Assembly (NCBI GenBank): GCA_035084275.1
Contig: CM068748.1
Span: 4,092,001-4,156,000 of the forward strand
DNA length: 64,000 nucleotides
DNA from: Hydrolagus colliei
Taxonomy: Eukaryota
Direction: 5' to 3'
The notes below the pieces were generated by a model. It was given only the letters and a program-made list of their open reading frames with translations, was not told where the DNA came from and made no database searches. The position numbers and the translations under genes were made by a program. This document shows, piece after piece, positions 12,101 to 24,849 of this stretch (positions are counted from its first letter, which is position 1; every line of letters starts with the position of its first letter).

Positions 12101-14373
12101 TCAATCAAAGGTTTAATATTTGAGACATAAGGTTAGAGAAAATAAATGAATATGGACTAAAGAAAACAATAATTTTATTTTCCTGTAATGTAAATAAATG
12201 AATAATGATCTGCGTTAAATATTTCTTTTGGGGTTTAAATAATATTTTCTATCTCTCCTATTAATATCCCTTTGATAATTTGTGCAGAGATAGTCTTTGA
12301 TTTAAATACCCACATATTATTCCATATATCATTGCATTTTTGCATTTGACCAAATCTGAGATCCCAAGCACTGCATCTTTTCTCTTGCCTATGGCTGCCA
12401 GCAAATTTTATACAATCCCTTTTCCTCTGAGTAAATTTGGCCTAACATCTTTGGTCAATCAAGTGTTTTATCCTCCAGAGAAAGTGGAAAAAATCACTTG
12501 AAAATGACTGGAAAAAATCTTTGTTCCATAAGGAGTTTATAAAAGGTGGACTCAAGGTCAGTAAAGTGCTAAATGCTGTTCCTGACTCTCCTGCCAATCC
12601 CTTGGTGCTCTAGTTCATTCTCCAAGTTGATTAGACCAAATAGAGTTGACTACTCTTAAGATAACTCACACAGGGCTTTTGTGTGTCTGTTAGACTCGTG
12701 AAAATATACATTTAAGGCTTGGACAAAGCATATTTCTGTGCTTTGCTTCTCCATGAAGAAAGATGTCCAGTATGTGATCAAGATGCAATACAGCACCAGT
12801 TATGTTTAAATGCTAACTATTGTAAAATGATTTGAAGCAGAAAAAGCGAATCCCCCAAGGTACATAGAAAAACTACCACTATAACATCTTAGTGCAAACC
12901 AAATCAGGGTGAAATAAGCCATCTCAACTAACTTACATTTAAAAGCTGTTTGATGCCTTTTATAATCTGCAGTGCAGAACTTGATGATTAAAAACATGTT
13001 GGAAATACTATGTTTTAAAGATGTGTTCTGTGGAATAAATATTGTTTTTCTTGGTCATAGCTCCCCACAGAACAGGAAAATTAGTTTCCCATGCATTTGC
13101 AGACCTCAAACTGAGTGCTGAGACAAACAGAGAGGAACACTTGCATACTGCGAACATTGTATTTTGACACTCTTGGTTACAAAAGGCTTTTGTTTAACTG
13201 AGGAACAAACCTGATTTTTTTTTCAGTTTCTGTTTTAATAGTTAAAATCAGTGAACTCTAGCAGTATTGTTGATTTGGTTCCATTGTAGCTGGAATACAA
13301 AGCGCTGCTTTATTCAAAAAAATTAAATATTCTGCAAAGATCACTATCTACATAATAATATACTGATCCTCATACATTTTTACATATTTATTACTGTGTT
13401 GATAAGCAGACAAGGGATATAAGAATAAAAATGAATCCTTATTAGCAACTGACATTGTATGCACCTATTACTGTATTGTCTGTAATAAAACAAAATGGTT
13501 TAGTGCAACATATCACATTCATAAGACATTGTGCCATGTTTAACTGTCTATACAGCATTTAGATTTTTCCCTTTTATTGCCATGAGTTTAATTTTATTGC
13601 CCCTTTAATTTTTTTTAAATTCAGTATTAAGCACAGACGGAGGCTTTTGAAATTCACTGATGTGTTAATTATGACCTTTAGAAACTCCAGCACTCAAGAT
13701 TAAAGATGAGCTATTGTTTCAAACAAGTTGGAATGGGTTTGAGAGAGAATAAAGTTACAGGATAAAAGTAGAAGGAAATGAAACATTAATGATTCTTCCA
13801 AGTTTAACCTATCTTTGTAAACTTTTCCAAGTTTCACAAACTGTTGCAGCTGAAATGTATGAGATTTAGTTACACATTACATTGAAGAATACTTGGTGTC
13901 CCATGATATATCACATATCAGTATGCTGCAGAACTCAAATCTGGCAAGTACTTTTATTACAGAAAAGAAATGTAAAATAACAGAAATTCTCTAATACAAT
14001 ATACTGTACTGTTTTTGAACACTACATCTGGAAATTTCATAAATGAAGTATGCTGATCTGGCAATTATATACTGGAAATTGCCAAAAGCCATCATGACAA
14101 ATTACTAAACACGATGGGGGAAATTTTCCTGCTGCCGGTCATTAGGGTCTGTGAGAAAGAAATCGAGTGGTAAATCTACCGCTTAACCAGCCCGGGATAA
14201 ACTGCAGTTTATAGCAAAGCAGCCCTGGCTTACCTGTGGTGTAGAGTATTTTAGCAACCAAACAGGAGAAGGCAGTGTTAAGCATTAAATAGCACCATAA
14301 TGGGCATATAATGAGGTCATTACTGTATATAAGAAATAAATTGGGTGCAAAGTCAGTACCAAAGGAGGAAAAT

Positions 14374-15440
14374 ATGGAAAACGGCTCCAAACAGAGTAAG
14401 GGAAGCATGTTTTATAGAGGCAGAACAGATGCCTTCCTCTTTGCAAAGGAAATAATCTAAAGGAGGACTGTAGCATGTGGCTCTGGCAACCCCAACTCCT
14501 AGTAAAGTTATGGAAAAATTTCCCTGTTGAATATTATGTCCACTACTCAGTCCATGTGGCAGAAAGAATGGAAGAATGTTCATGATATCAAGTGGTCAGG
14601 ACCCTGGGCCAATTTAAACACAATTTGATGTTGTGATGGGAAGATGGTAGGATGAGGATTCTGGAAGGATGAGTTCAATCCTTCTCTTTAATCTTGTGAC
14701 CCTGTAAACTAAAGAGTCATATTGTGCCAATGGTGGACCACTTCAGGAGAAGCTCCTAGCTGTCGCAGAGGAGATAATGGTTCAGTTATTCTGTGCCAGC
14801 AGTTTTGAGGGTTTGTCAGAGGAATATGAGAGATGCACCGAAGATCACCTTCTGCTAAACCGTTCCCCCAACTGCCTTGCTCTGAGATTTTATTCTTCAT
14901 GGAGAATCAATGTATAAATGCCACTTTTTGTTGTTGTTGATTTGCTTAGTGGGTCAACTTTTATCTGAACTGGAATAAAATATGGAGGTTGCAACTGGAG
15001 ATGTATCTGTTCTGGAATCTTTGCCACAAAGTAGAAAATGTTGTGTTGCAGATTGGTTCAATATGAGAGGAACAGGAGGAACAGCACAATGTGTGGCAGC
15101 AATGGTAGAGAAGAGGATTGGACACACAAATAGTTACCTCCTGTTCATCCATGCTGTGTTAGCTGAAAGGTTAGCTGTACTGGAACAAGCTGATACTGAG
15201 AGACTAAGCAGCTTGGGGGCTTCCATAAAGAATGCTCTTACAGCTGCTATCTCTCAAATGGGTTTCAATCTCTAAGGAGTCATCAATGCTGGTTTTGAAA
15301 ATGTTGGCAATAGGTTGCAGTCAACCATGAGGGATGGCTTCAGGGATCTCGTAGATGTGCATTGTTCTGTCCTTAGGCAGTTCACTGTCACCTATGAGCA
15401 GATGGCCTTCACCCATGGCATGTGCGTGGCCTCAAAGACA
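14374..15440 (+). pseudogene. Harbinger Myb/SANT-like DNA-binding protein pseudogene
   Basis: RVREACFIEAE..LFAKEII*RRTV..G and NIMSTTQSMWQKEWKNVHDIK (cf. R...F...E..L..EV..R...LFG; N..S...RTW.Q.RKKW.D.K). NGGPLQEKLLAVAEEIMVQLF...FEG at ~14725 (cf. TGGGP...L...EE). Coiled-coil ORF 14982-15275 continues past a stop. Stops and frameshifts are present. Confidence 0.72.
14596..14705 (+). mobile_element. CR1-type LINE 3' end inserted in the Harbinger Myb gene
   Basis: TLGQFKHNL-like ORF end, ttctggaaggatgag (shared with ~46781) and an atcttgtg tail (shared with ~59390). Confidence 0.55.
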
Positions 15441-15619
15441 TAGGGCATAGGAACTCAAGGCATCAGCTCATCTCTTATGGGGCAAACATCCTCATCACAT
15501 ATCCAACATTGTTCCATTCAAAGGCACAGGCCCTTCATGGTAAACTTCAGTCAATCTGCATCCTGATATGCTACCCTTGATTCTAACTTAAGTTCTCCTG
15601 AATCCCGTGAACTAGATGT

Positions 15620-16345
15620 AACTCTAACATCAGAAATGATAGGCCTAGTTGTGCCTCAATTAGTTCAAAGTTGTATTTTATTCAAGACTGCTATTGACAT
15701 AGTTCTCCTTTGCTGGATCAAATTGGCAAGGTGGCCAGGATACTGTGCGTTTCAAACAAAACCAAGATAGTAAATGGGCATTCCAATAGTGAAAAGAACA
15801 TTTAATTGTATTCATGTAGCTTTGAAAACACTGACTGTCAAAACCTCAGCAGAAAGGTGCTCCATTCCCTAATTGTTCAGGAAGTTCAGGAGAAGGTCTC
15901 ACATATCAATTCTCAAGATTGACACAGGAGTCTCAATTTTAGGATTGGTGAGAAATTTTGCCAAAAAGCTTATGATTCTTATTAGTTAATGATTCTTATT
16001 ATGAATCTCAGACCACTGTAGAGAGGAGATACAATGACTGCCATCATGTGTTGTGAATTATCATTGAGTAGCTCATTAATCTGCTGAAATAGGTTTGGTA
16101 TTTGGTGCTTTCATGGTTGACCTATATAATCCAATGTATCAAGGATTATTGCAGACATGTTGTATCCTGTACACAGATCCCTTCATAAAGGTTGACTCTG
16201 GACTTGAATGATGTTTAAGGATGATGATTGGAGGAAGAGGAGTTGCAGACAGTTCTCTGTCTAGAGAACCTATTCTATTCAATGCTCTCCTCCATTAATG
16301 CTACAGGGTCTACAATTAGAGCAAATACTATTGACAAATTAAAAC
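15620..16345 (+). pseudogene. HARBI1-like DDE transposase pseudogene
   Basis: Motifs in order: GIPIVKRTFNCIHVALK (15777; G.P.V.GAIDCTHV), SRKVLHSLIVQ (~15848; NRKGFHSLNVQ), SHISILK (GS.HD..IL), ERRYNDCH...IIE*LINLLK (16021), SRII..CCIL (~16140-16170), acidic EEEE tract, and TGSTIRANTI (G..IR..LI). Confidence 0.85.
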
Positions 16346-17009
16346 TTGTTCGCACACTTATCAAAACAGCAGCTGCAGCAAAATGCCCTTTCAATAAGCT
16401 GCTCACTAACCATTAAATTCTATTTGCACTGTTAAACAGAAAATTGCAATTTAAATTTTAACCAAGCAAAAATTCTATGCTGTACAGTAATATTAAAATT
16501 ACAGTTCTCGTATTGCTACTATTTTTTGTCACATATATTTATGCTTGTTACCTTTTGTGTTTTATTCATGTTAAATATTTAAATGGTTTGGGGGATTTTA
16601 AGTCATTAAAATGCCAAAGGTTGAAGTGGTGACCCTTTCTAAGCAATGGCACTGGTAAATTTGGCTTTTTTCCTTCAGAAATACAATTTGAACTCGGGAG
16701 TTCTGTGTTATGTCTTCCTGCATTTGTGATTTGATAATCCGCTTGCCATAGGCATGTTTGTTTTTCTTCAAAACAAAACTATTGGTTCAATGTGTCACAT
16801 TTACTTGAAACACCACAGAAAAGCGTGAGGTTCCTCACTCTCGTGAACTGTTACTGAACTGTTAACCATCAGCAAATCTCCTAATTTCTTTTAATGTACA
16901 AGTAAGTGTAAAGGGCACGATATTTTCCGTTGCACATGCTGTCAAACATCAGTTTGCCTCTCCCTGTCATCTATCTATTAAAATAGATGTATTAAAATAG
17001 TTTCAAAAT

Positions 17010-17276
17010 GAAACAGAGGGGAGCTGAGGAGAAATTTTGTTTACTCAGCGGGTTGTTCGAATCTGGAATGCATTGCCTGAAAAGGTGATGGAGGCCAATT
17101 CGATAACAGCTTTTAAAAGAGATTTAGATCTTTATTTAGGGAGAACAGGCCTGTTAGGTTATGGGGAGAGAGCGGGGCAGGGGGATTGAGTTGCTCTTTT
17201 CAAAGAGGCGGCACAGACTAGATGGGCCGAATGGCCTCATTTTGTGCCGTAAAATTCTACGATTCTATGATTCTAT
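17010..17276 (+). mobile_element. CR1 LINE 3' end (relatively young)
   Basis: FTQRVVRIWNALPEKVMEANSITAFKRDLDLYL ORF2 end, gatgggccgaatggcct 3' UTR motif and (ATTCTRYG)n tail. Confidence 0.93.
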
Positions 17277-17847
17277 ATCTTCTTTCCTGTAGTTATTTTC
17301 CTTGATGTTACAACATAGTTTGGAGCAATATTAACTTTAGAAAAGTTAAAGAAGAAAATGTTTCGCTACTAAAACGTGCCTCTGGCAGGTAATAAGAAGT
17401 TCTAACCCAATAACTAACATTTTTTTAATACAGATGGATCATAAGAAATTTTATATTGTGGCCTAAGATATTTTATTAGTAGGAGAGAAAGAGAAGCCAG
17501 TGTGAATGGAGTAATGTAACAAAATGTCAGGGTTGTGACCCAATTGCTCACATCAACTAATGTTTTTTAAATCCAGTAAAATGCACATTGTTCGAGGCAA
17601 ATTTGTATAACCAGAAAATATTGAGCTTTGCAAAGGAAAATGCAGAGAAAATCTGATTCAAAATCAAGATAGTTTACAATCGATTGCACGCAGCAGTGTC
17701 CCATAAACAGTCGTGGATTGAAGAGACTAGTTTTTTAAAAAGAAATTATTAGCCCTAGAAAAATAATTCGCCAAACAAATAACAACTGGGTTCCTAATTA
17801 CTGTTCAGTAAACAGAGGCGTATGGAATAAGGAATCTTGCCTAACAA

Positions 17848-17901
17848 GAACCCACGTCTCTCGCTTGCGAGGCGAGTGATCTAACCACTGAGCTTGTAGG
17901 A
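17848..17901 (-). repeat. tRNA-Ala(CGC)-like SINE head or truncated tRNA pseudogene
   Basis: Reverse complement GCTCAGTGGTTAGATCA-CTCGC-CTCGCAA-GCGAG-AGACGTGGGTTC has a D-arm/A-box, a perfect 5-bp anticodon stem with CGC and the start of the B-box. The 3' side of the T-arm and the acceptor stem are absent. Confidence 0.6.
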
Positions 17902-19489
17902 CTTCTATATGATGACATGGTGATATCATAGCACACAATAGTGTCTGGATGTTAGATGGCTCTGTATAGCTAACAGCTAGGAGTTACACAGACCCAATGC
18001 AAACATATAAGGTGCATCTACATATTTGAAATGCGTTTCTCTTTCAAGGGACCTTATATTTTGCTGAGTGATTTACTGAGTTTTTGTCCTAAAATGTGCT
18101 TGGCGTAATGTTAAATTCAGGGAGAGGGCTCCACACCCGAATGGAATTCTCAGCTGACAGCCAAGAGCTAGCAGACTGTAATAGCAACACTCTTATTATT
18201 AAATTGCAAATTAAAGCAGTTTACAGAGAAGACAATTATTGAAAATACGATTAAAAAAAGGTGCTGTTTCAGGAGAACGTATGTAGTGATCAGAACTGAC
18301 ATTATTCTCATACTTTGAGCAGTTCTTGTTTTAAACGTTTCCAATGGAAAACCAGGGTTGAGAGAGAGGGAGATTAGAGGCCTGTGCAAACCCCAGAAAA
18401 TTACATGTTTCTAATTACTAGTGTCCAAATGCTTATTACTGCCAAGTTTTATAATCAAGTCCAAGAATACAAACCCCACACATAACTTGCAGAAAGTTGC
18501 GCTATGCTTGTGGATTTTAATTTCAGATGTTGTCAACTCAAGGGCATTTGGACCAATCAATATCTGTCTGTCTGCTGGCACACAGAAAGTTTGCTATTAG
18601 GAAAGAGCGGCTTACAGCAGGCTGAGCCAATACCATTAGCCCTAGCCTAAGGGCAGTTCTATCCATGAGTTGGGGTAGACACCTGCCCCCACCCCTCCCC
18701 CACCATTAAGCTAACCACATGGGACGTCATTTGGACATTACAGGCAAAGAGCAGTTCTTTTTTTCTTCTTTTTTCACACCCAGACTTTACTAAATCAATA
18801 AATCTGTTCTTTGCTTATTTGAGAACTTTCCTTCAATATAAGCAAGGACTTACCTTCGAGCAACAAACTCCTACCAGACCAGGTCAGACTTTTTTTTTTC
18901 TTTCTGGTTTCTTCCCGGCTTCAATTTAAAAATAATTATAATCTTTTTCTGACAGGCATTGAATGATGTTTTTCTGCCATGATGGATTTCACAGACTAAC
19001 ATTTTAGTAAGAAATTATATCTGAATAAATGAAGCCTTACTGTTGAAACATATTATGTTTTTGGAAAACAATGATTTCATTTAACAGGCCTGTAATTTCT
19101 CTGATAAGCACAAACTAGTTCCATTTTCAGGAAAGCATGCCAAGTACATTTGAGTAATGAGTGACTTAACTGATAGAATTGTGATTTATTTTTGCATTGA
19201 TCATCTACCTTCACCAGGTGGAAGCTACATTTCCTAAAGGTAACTTATTATCCTGTATTTTAATAAAAACTGAAACTGCAAGGTTGAAGATGAATTCTGA
19301 AGCTAAAATAGATCAAATGGGTCACATCAGAAATTCCGAATCACGTTTGTTTGGAGTTTGAGATAATTTGTTCTGAATCACATATATTTTTAATAACTAT
19401 CAGAGTGAAGGAAGTACATGGTTATGTTAAGATGTGTGCAAAGTATGTCACCTGCATTCCCTAAAGCATTACATTAACAGTTGCAGAAA

Positions 19490-19921
19490 GGGGCTGGTGG
19501 TGCTGTGGGTTGGTGCGTTAATATCTTGCATAGGAGAGTGATAACAAGTGGTTTCACCCCTATGATCTTCCACACTGTGAGCTCGCAATCTCAGTCAGAA
19601 TGTCTGAGGAGGCATTGAGCAGAGGTGAAGCACTTTCCCTGCACAGGGATGACATCCGAAGGCGGAACAAATTTGTGCCGCTTTTGCACACCTACCAATT
19701 GCTTGTTATGGAGAGCTATTAAGGGAGGTTTGGAAACAGGTCATGTCAGGGAACATTGTATACAGTAGGGATGTGGAGGGGAGGTGGGGGGGAGATGATA
19801 CGCTTTTAAATAACTAACATAACAATTGAAGAGAAAGATAAATGACAGTGGATGATTATGTCTATGAATTGTGCTCCTGACATGAAAGGCGTTATACGAG
19901 TGTAATCGTGTTGTTGTTGTT
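19490..19921 (+). mobile_element. Old SINE-like element with L2-type tail
   Basis: Head ggggctggtggtgctgtgggtt resembles a tRNA A-box. It ends gacatgaaaggcgttatacgagtgtaatcgtgttgttgttgtt. Confidence 0.45.
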
Positions 19922-20267
19922 ACATTTGCAGATACAAATTGTAGTTTGGATCTGTAGTTCAAATTCATCTGATTTAAAGTTCCGATATTCAGATGGCTAC
20001 TTTAAACTAAATAACATTGCTTCAGCAGGATATCCCTTCAAGCTGTTCTTCAATGACAAAATGTATGTGAATTAAATCTGTATTTCAGAAGCAAAAAGGG
20101 TGAAGAATGTGACAATTCTTAAAAGATTTGATATGATTACCACATTGAATCTGTCATGAAATGGTGTTTCTCACCCTGGAAATGTCAAACTGAGCATAGA
20201 AGAACTGAGTAAAAAGAGGAATGTAATAATTTTGAATGTTATAATTGTGAACAGTTAATAACTTATT

Positions 20268-20365
20268 TATTATAATAATCCTTGCATTTGATAAAGCGCC
20301 TTATCATGTCTTGGAGATCCTCGAAGCATCTCACAAAATATACTGTCAAGTGAACTGACTGTAAT
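20268..20365 (-). mobile_element. SINE 3' part, copy 2
   Basis: ataataatccttgcatttgataaagcgccttatca..cacaaaatatactg..gtgaactgactgta is the reverse complement of the family tail. Confidence 0.8.
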
Positions 20366-20751
20366 ATGCTAACTATAGCTAGTCACTAGTCAGTAATATA
20401 TAGGAATGATCATTTCAAATACTTCTTTTCATTTAGTGATACAGTATGTATTGAAGTTAAAGAAAGCACAGATTGCAAAGCCAGTCCCATGGTGCTTACT
20501 TTTGAATCTACTCGAAAGTTCCACATACCACAACAATCCAGCAACCCTAACTAATACAAAGGAATGAATACCACTCACTATTTTTTGTGCATTTTCCAAA
20601 TAAGATGTGCCCAACATTCAAATTTGAATTTATTGCTGTCAAACCAAAATTTGAATTGAAAGCTGTTTAAAGTATAGTGTGAATGAAAATCAGCTGATTG
20701 TAATAATAATCCTTGTATTTTGTATTATTGAATTTGAACTCCTTTCATAGT

Positions 20752-20895
20752 ATGCTGTGCGCCATTGGCTGCCGCGATTCGCCCACAAATATATACAGTC
20801 AATTCACTTTACAGTATATTCTGTGAAGCGCTTTGGGACGTTGATAAGATGTGGAAAGCGCTATATCAAATGCAAGGATTATTATTATTATTATT
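20752..20895 (+). mobile_element. SINE 3' part, copy 3 (CpG-retaining, young)
   Basis: gctgtgcgccattggctgccgcgattcgcccacaaat..gtgaagcgctttgggacg..gcgctatatcaaatgcaagga(tta)n. Confidence 0.9.
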
Positions 20896-22904
20896 CATGT
20901 CAAATACAAAGTTTGGTAGATAAAAAAATCACTGAGTAAAAATACAGATCTCACATTGTGCACTACTTGCCTCCTTTCACACGCAAACAATTTTGAAGAT
21001 CATGTAACAAAAATCTTATTCTGAAAACAGGAACTAAAGGTTCATTTTTGTTGTTGATTTATAATAACAGGTTAAAATTGAGAAGGAGTGGCCAATATGC
21101 AAAAACAAAGATTATGTTCTGAAACAGCATTGCAATTTTGGCAAAACAGAAAGAAAAACTGCACCAATCACATTGAAGAATGATTGACAGTCTGAGAAGA
21201 TAGTTGTTTGGAATATGAATCCTGGCTGATTTGGTCCATTATTTTGGTATCATCTCCAACCTCCACAAAGGTAAAAACACAGTTAGAATAATTCAATTAG
21301 AGGCATAAATAGATGCACAATTTTCAATCATTTATAATTTTACTAATTACTTAACAAGAGTACAGAAACACAAATGCATTATCTTAAGCAGATCAATATT
21401 TCCGATTGCAATTGAGAGAAATCTCCTTGACATTCTAATACAGCACGTCAGATGTACGCAAATAATACTAATGATTGTTTCGAGATTGGCTGATGAAACC
21501 CTGAGATGGCCAGCTGAGGGCAGCAAGTGCCTTTTTTTTTATTCAGCCTTATTGTAATAGCTTGACTTCTGTGCTGTGATTTTTCTTTTATATTACAGAA
21601 GTGCAGATACAGATAAATCTTGGACGCCTTGCCAGTATTTCATGTGTTTTTTGGTATTGATTTGTTTTAATAAGCATCACTGGATTTTTTTTGCTAATGG
21701 TGGTGTGTCTGGTTTTAAGGGCAAAAGTAATAGAAAACAACCCCAGGGGGTTCAAGAGTGACCGTATTGCCCTAAGCCCTCAGGGCAATGATGCACACTT
21801 GAGGCCACTCTTTAAATTAAGAGAAACTTTTTCTGTCTCCGATGTCTGAGGATATAAGACCTATATTGATATAGTTTTACATTGACAAAGAATAACTTGC
21901 GTATTTATTTTATCTGTGGCGTTTTCACATTATAAAACAAAACGCTAATGCACTCAGTTAAATAAACAAATTAAGCATCACAACAAATGTAATTTTTTAA
22001 AAGCAAAGCCTCATCAAAATGCATTGTTAGTATACAGAGAAAGGGCTTCATATTTTATGAGGCGCCCTACAGCTCTCAAAGGAATGCTACAAATGTTTGT
22101 TTTATTGATTTGGAATATGCACTTCTGATATTATAATTGCATCTCTCTCTTTGTTGTTCTTATTCAGTCTTAAAACTGCAGTGTCTCTGCCCTGCCAATC
22201 TGAATTGCAGTAATTGTTCATTTTATCCTTGCATTCAAAATAAACTAACTGCCGCTCACACGGGGGCTGATTCACAATTTTCTCACCAGAGAAAAGGGAT
22301 TTTTACTCCTGATAAATCAGGAACTTGCCAAAGAAAAAAAATGGTTGCAATAAGGGCAACCAGTCACTTTTCAATCCCAGTGTTGGTTTCATATTCAGTG
22401 TTTGAAATCCCACCTGCCATTAATCTGTGTACACTAATCCTGAGGTAGGAATGGAACCGAGGTAAACACATGATACTGATATCAATTCAGGAAAAAATAA
22501 TTAGAATATAATAATTACAGAAAGGGCACAATCTATTTTGTTTGTATCCACTTCAATCCGGGAAAAGGCCATGAAGTGGGACATCTAACAGCGACTAAAC
22601 AACTACCTAATAAGTGTGATAATGTGCTTTACCAGTCCAGCTATTCGGTGAACCCAAGTGCTGTAACTAATCCAGAAATACAGTAATTGCTTAACCCTTT
22701 AAGAACCGGGCTTGCACTTCCACAGCCAAAACAAAATATACCACAGTACAGTATTGCAGTTTCCTTAGTTTTCATCAAGTATACAATGAATTAGAAAAGA
22801 GGGTTATTTTCACTTGCACTTTATAATGCCTCCAACGCACACTTTAATAGAAGATAATTTTGGGGATGGTATGTGAAGGAAAATAACGTTTTCATTGTGC
22901 TCAT

Positions 22905-23788
22905 TGGCCCGTTAACTATTTTGTTTTGGTTGTGGTTGATTTGGGGACGGTAGATCACTTCACTGCACTCTTACCGTGAAAGCTGAAAAAAATTACTTTT
23001 TCACACCCCAAAAAAAGGTTATGTTAAACACTGACAGAAATCAAATAACATTTCTGTAAAGATCAATTTGTTTCTTTGGGGAAAACTGAGTTGATCTTGT
23101 CAGGGTTGCTTTGCAGTCTAGGATACCACATGAGTGGTTTGCGTATGTTGGTGGTTTCATTCCTCCACGAAACCACCTGTGAAACCTTGTTACTTGCAAA
23201 CCATTAGGCAGAAGTGACTTAACCTTTTTGTCAATAGCCATTTTCAAACTGTGATCCGATTTTTATGTTTGAGCTGCGAATTTTGTCATGACAAAGTTTT
23301 CTTTTTTGTTGGGGTAGGGGGGTTGGCGTTGTGGTGAGCAAAAGGTGTTGCCTTTTTGGACTTATCAAACTGAGGGTTACATTACATTTTGGGCATCCAG
23401 TCTTCAGTTGAGCTGCAATATGGTTAGATGCAGAGCAAATCTCCCTCTACTCAGCTCCATGGAGTACCATATTGTAACAGTGTGATATTGCACATCTCAT
23501 ACCAGCCATCCTCTGGCCTGTTCTAATGAAATTGCTACTTTGCTAAATTGGTAGTGTAATGTTATGGGGCACTTGATGATGCATTTTCAAAGAGCATAGA
23601 TATTTACCTAGAACCCTTGTGGTCAACAGATAGAGGAGACTTTCACTCACCCTTCTGACCTGGACTAGATTTTAGATCCTGACGTAAAACGCTGCTGCTT
23701 AACAATCAGCATTTCCCCTGGCCCCTTAACTATTTTGTTTTGGTTGTGGTTGATTTGGGGATGTTAGATCACTTCACTGCACTCTTAC
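22905..23788 (+). repeat. 70-bp direct repeat pair (22905-22974 and 23719-23788)
   Basis: tggccc(g/c)ttaactattttgttttggttgtggttgatttgggga(c/t)g(g/t)tagatcacttcactgcactcttac, with 3 mismatches in 70 nt. Confidence 0.95.
23400..23718 (-). mobile_element. Old tRNA-derived SINE (LF-SINE-like)
   Basis: Reverse complement begins gggga...aaatctagtccaggtcagaagggtgagtgaaagtctcctctatctgttgacc, resembling the LF-SINE-type 5' region as I recall it. Confidence 0.45.
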
Positions 23789-24379
23789 TATTTTGCATAA
23801 AATGCTGGTCCTGTGTGTTCATCCTCCAGTTATAAATTAAACAGAGCTGAAGGATAATGTGGTCAGTAATTCAAATACTATCCTCATCCTCCGTCCACCC
23901 TCCAGGCAATGACAGTTGAAGAAACCAAGGACAGCATAATACTGTGTAACAAACCATTAAATATTTTTGACAAATTTCTTTTTGATGTATGAACCCATCA
24001 CCATTGTCCTTTGCTGAAATAAGTCACTGATCGTAATTTCATTGTGCCACTCAAAAATGACTGCAGGTCTAAAAAAAGTCAGTGTCAAAATTGCTTCAAG
24101 TATCAAACTGTACTCCAAGCTGATCTGGGATCTTTCCTCCTTTTCATCTGTCTTAAATCAAGGTGAAAAGAGAACAAGGCTTAACAAAAATAGTTATTCA
24201 ACTAGGAAAATTGTGAACTTGGAAACTACATTCAATTTGCCAAGTGTTGCGAGTGCACATGGCCAATTCAAAATTAGAGACATGTTGCAGGAGGTTTGGG
24301 TGGCTTCACTTCATAAAATGGTCAAATTGTTTGTGCTGAAAACTGCTGCAAAGCTGCTCTTGTTATTTTCTTATCCAGT

Positions 24380-24620
24380 TAACACTGAAGCAGATAGCAC
24401 ATGTTGATGAGAGACACAGATGATGTGAATATAAACAGGCTATTTGGCTTTGACCGTGAGAGCAGAACTAGAGAGGGTAAAGGTTTAACATTTAAAATCT
24501 TCAAGCATGACGAGAATTTATTTTTTCTCCAATGTAAGTTCAGTAATGGATTTACAAAACAGACTCCCAACAAAACCAGTGCTGCTCTATCGTTTAACTC
24601 CCTGAATAAAAAATGTACCT
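24380..24620 (+). mobile_element. Ancient CR1-type LINE 3' ORF remnant
   Basis: ORF 24401-24655 reads DDVNINRLFGFDRESRTR..GL..KIFK....FF.....NG..K.PNKT.AALSFNS, cf. CR1 D.V....F.....SRTRGH..KL...NFF..RV...WN.LP...V.A.SLN.FK. Confidence 0.6.
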
Positions 24621-24849
24621 GCATCAGAACAATTGTGTTGGAGAATACTGTATAGAGATAGGTGTAGACTGAAATGAACAAAATGTCCAATTCAGATTTA
24701 TGAGTGCTATTGGGTAGGGAACAGAAATTGGGGATTTGGATGGAGGGAGGGAATTTTAAAGGGTGTTGAGGCTGGGGGTAGGAGGTTGGAGGGGAGACAT
24801 CAAAGTGTTTGGGTTATTTATCCATATAATCAGGAATACTTTTGTGAAT

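Larger units (their letters stand above)
14116..16450 (+). mobile_element. Fossil PIF/Harbinger DNA transposon (Myb/SANT gene plus DDE transposase); ends approximate
   Basis: Both genes are readable by hand translation. A GGGGGAAATTTTC terminus-like sequence lies at 14116; the right end was not located. Confidence 0.8.

Noticed and set aside
14512-14526. GGAAAAATTTCCC as the Harbinger right TIR
   Set aside because: It lies inside the Myb coding remnant, and the transposase continues to ~16345.
17848-17901. Functional tRNA-Ala gene
   Set aside because: The 3' side of the T-arm and the acceptor stem are missing.
22441-22460. let-7-like TGAGGTAG
   Set aside because: Only 8 nt match. The remainder is not let-7 and I see no hairpin.
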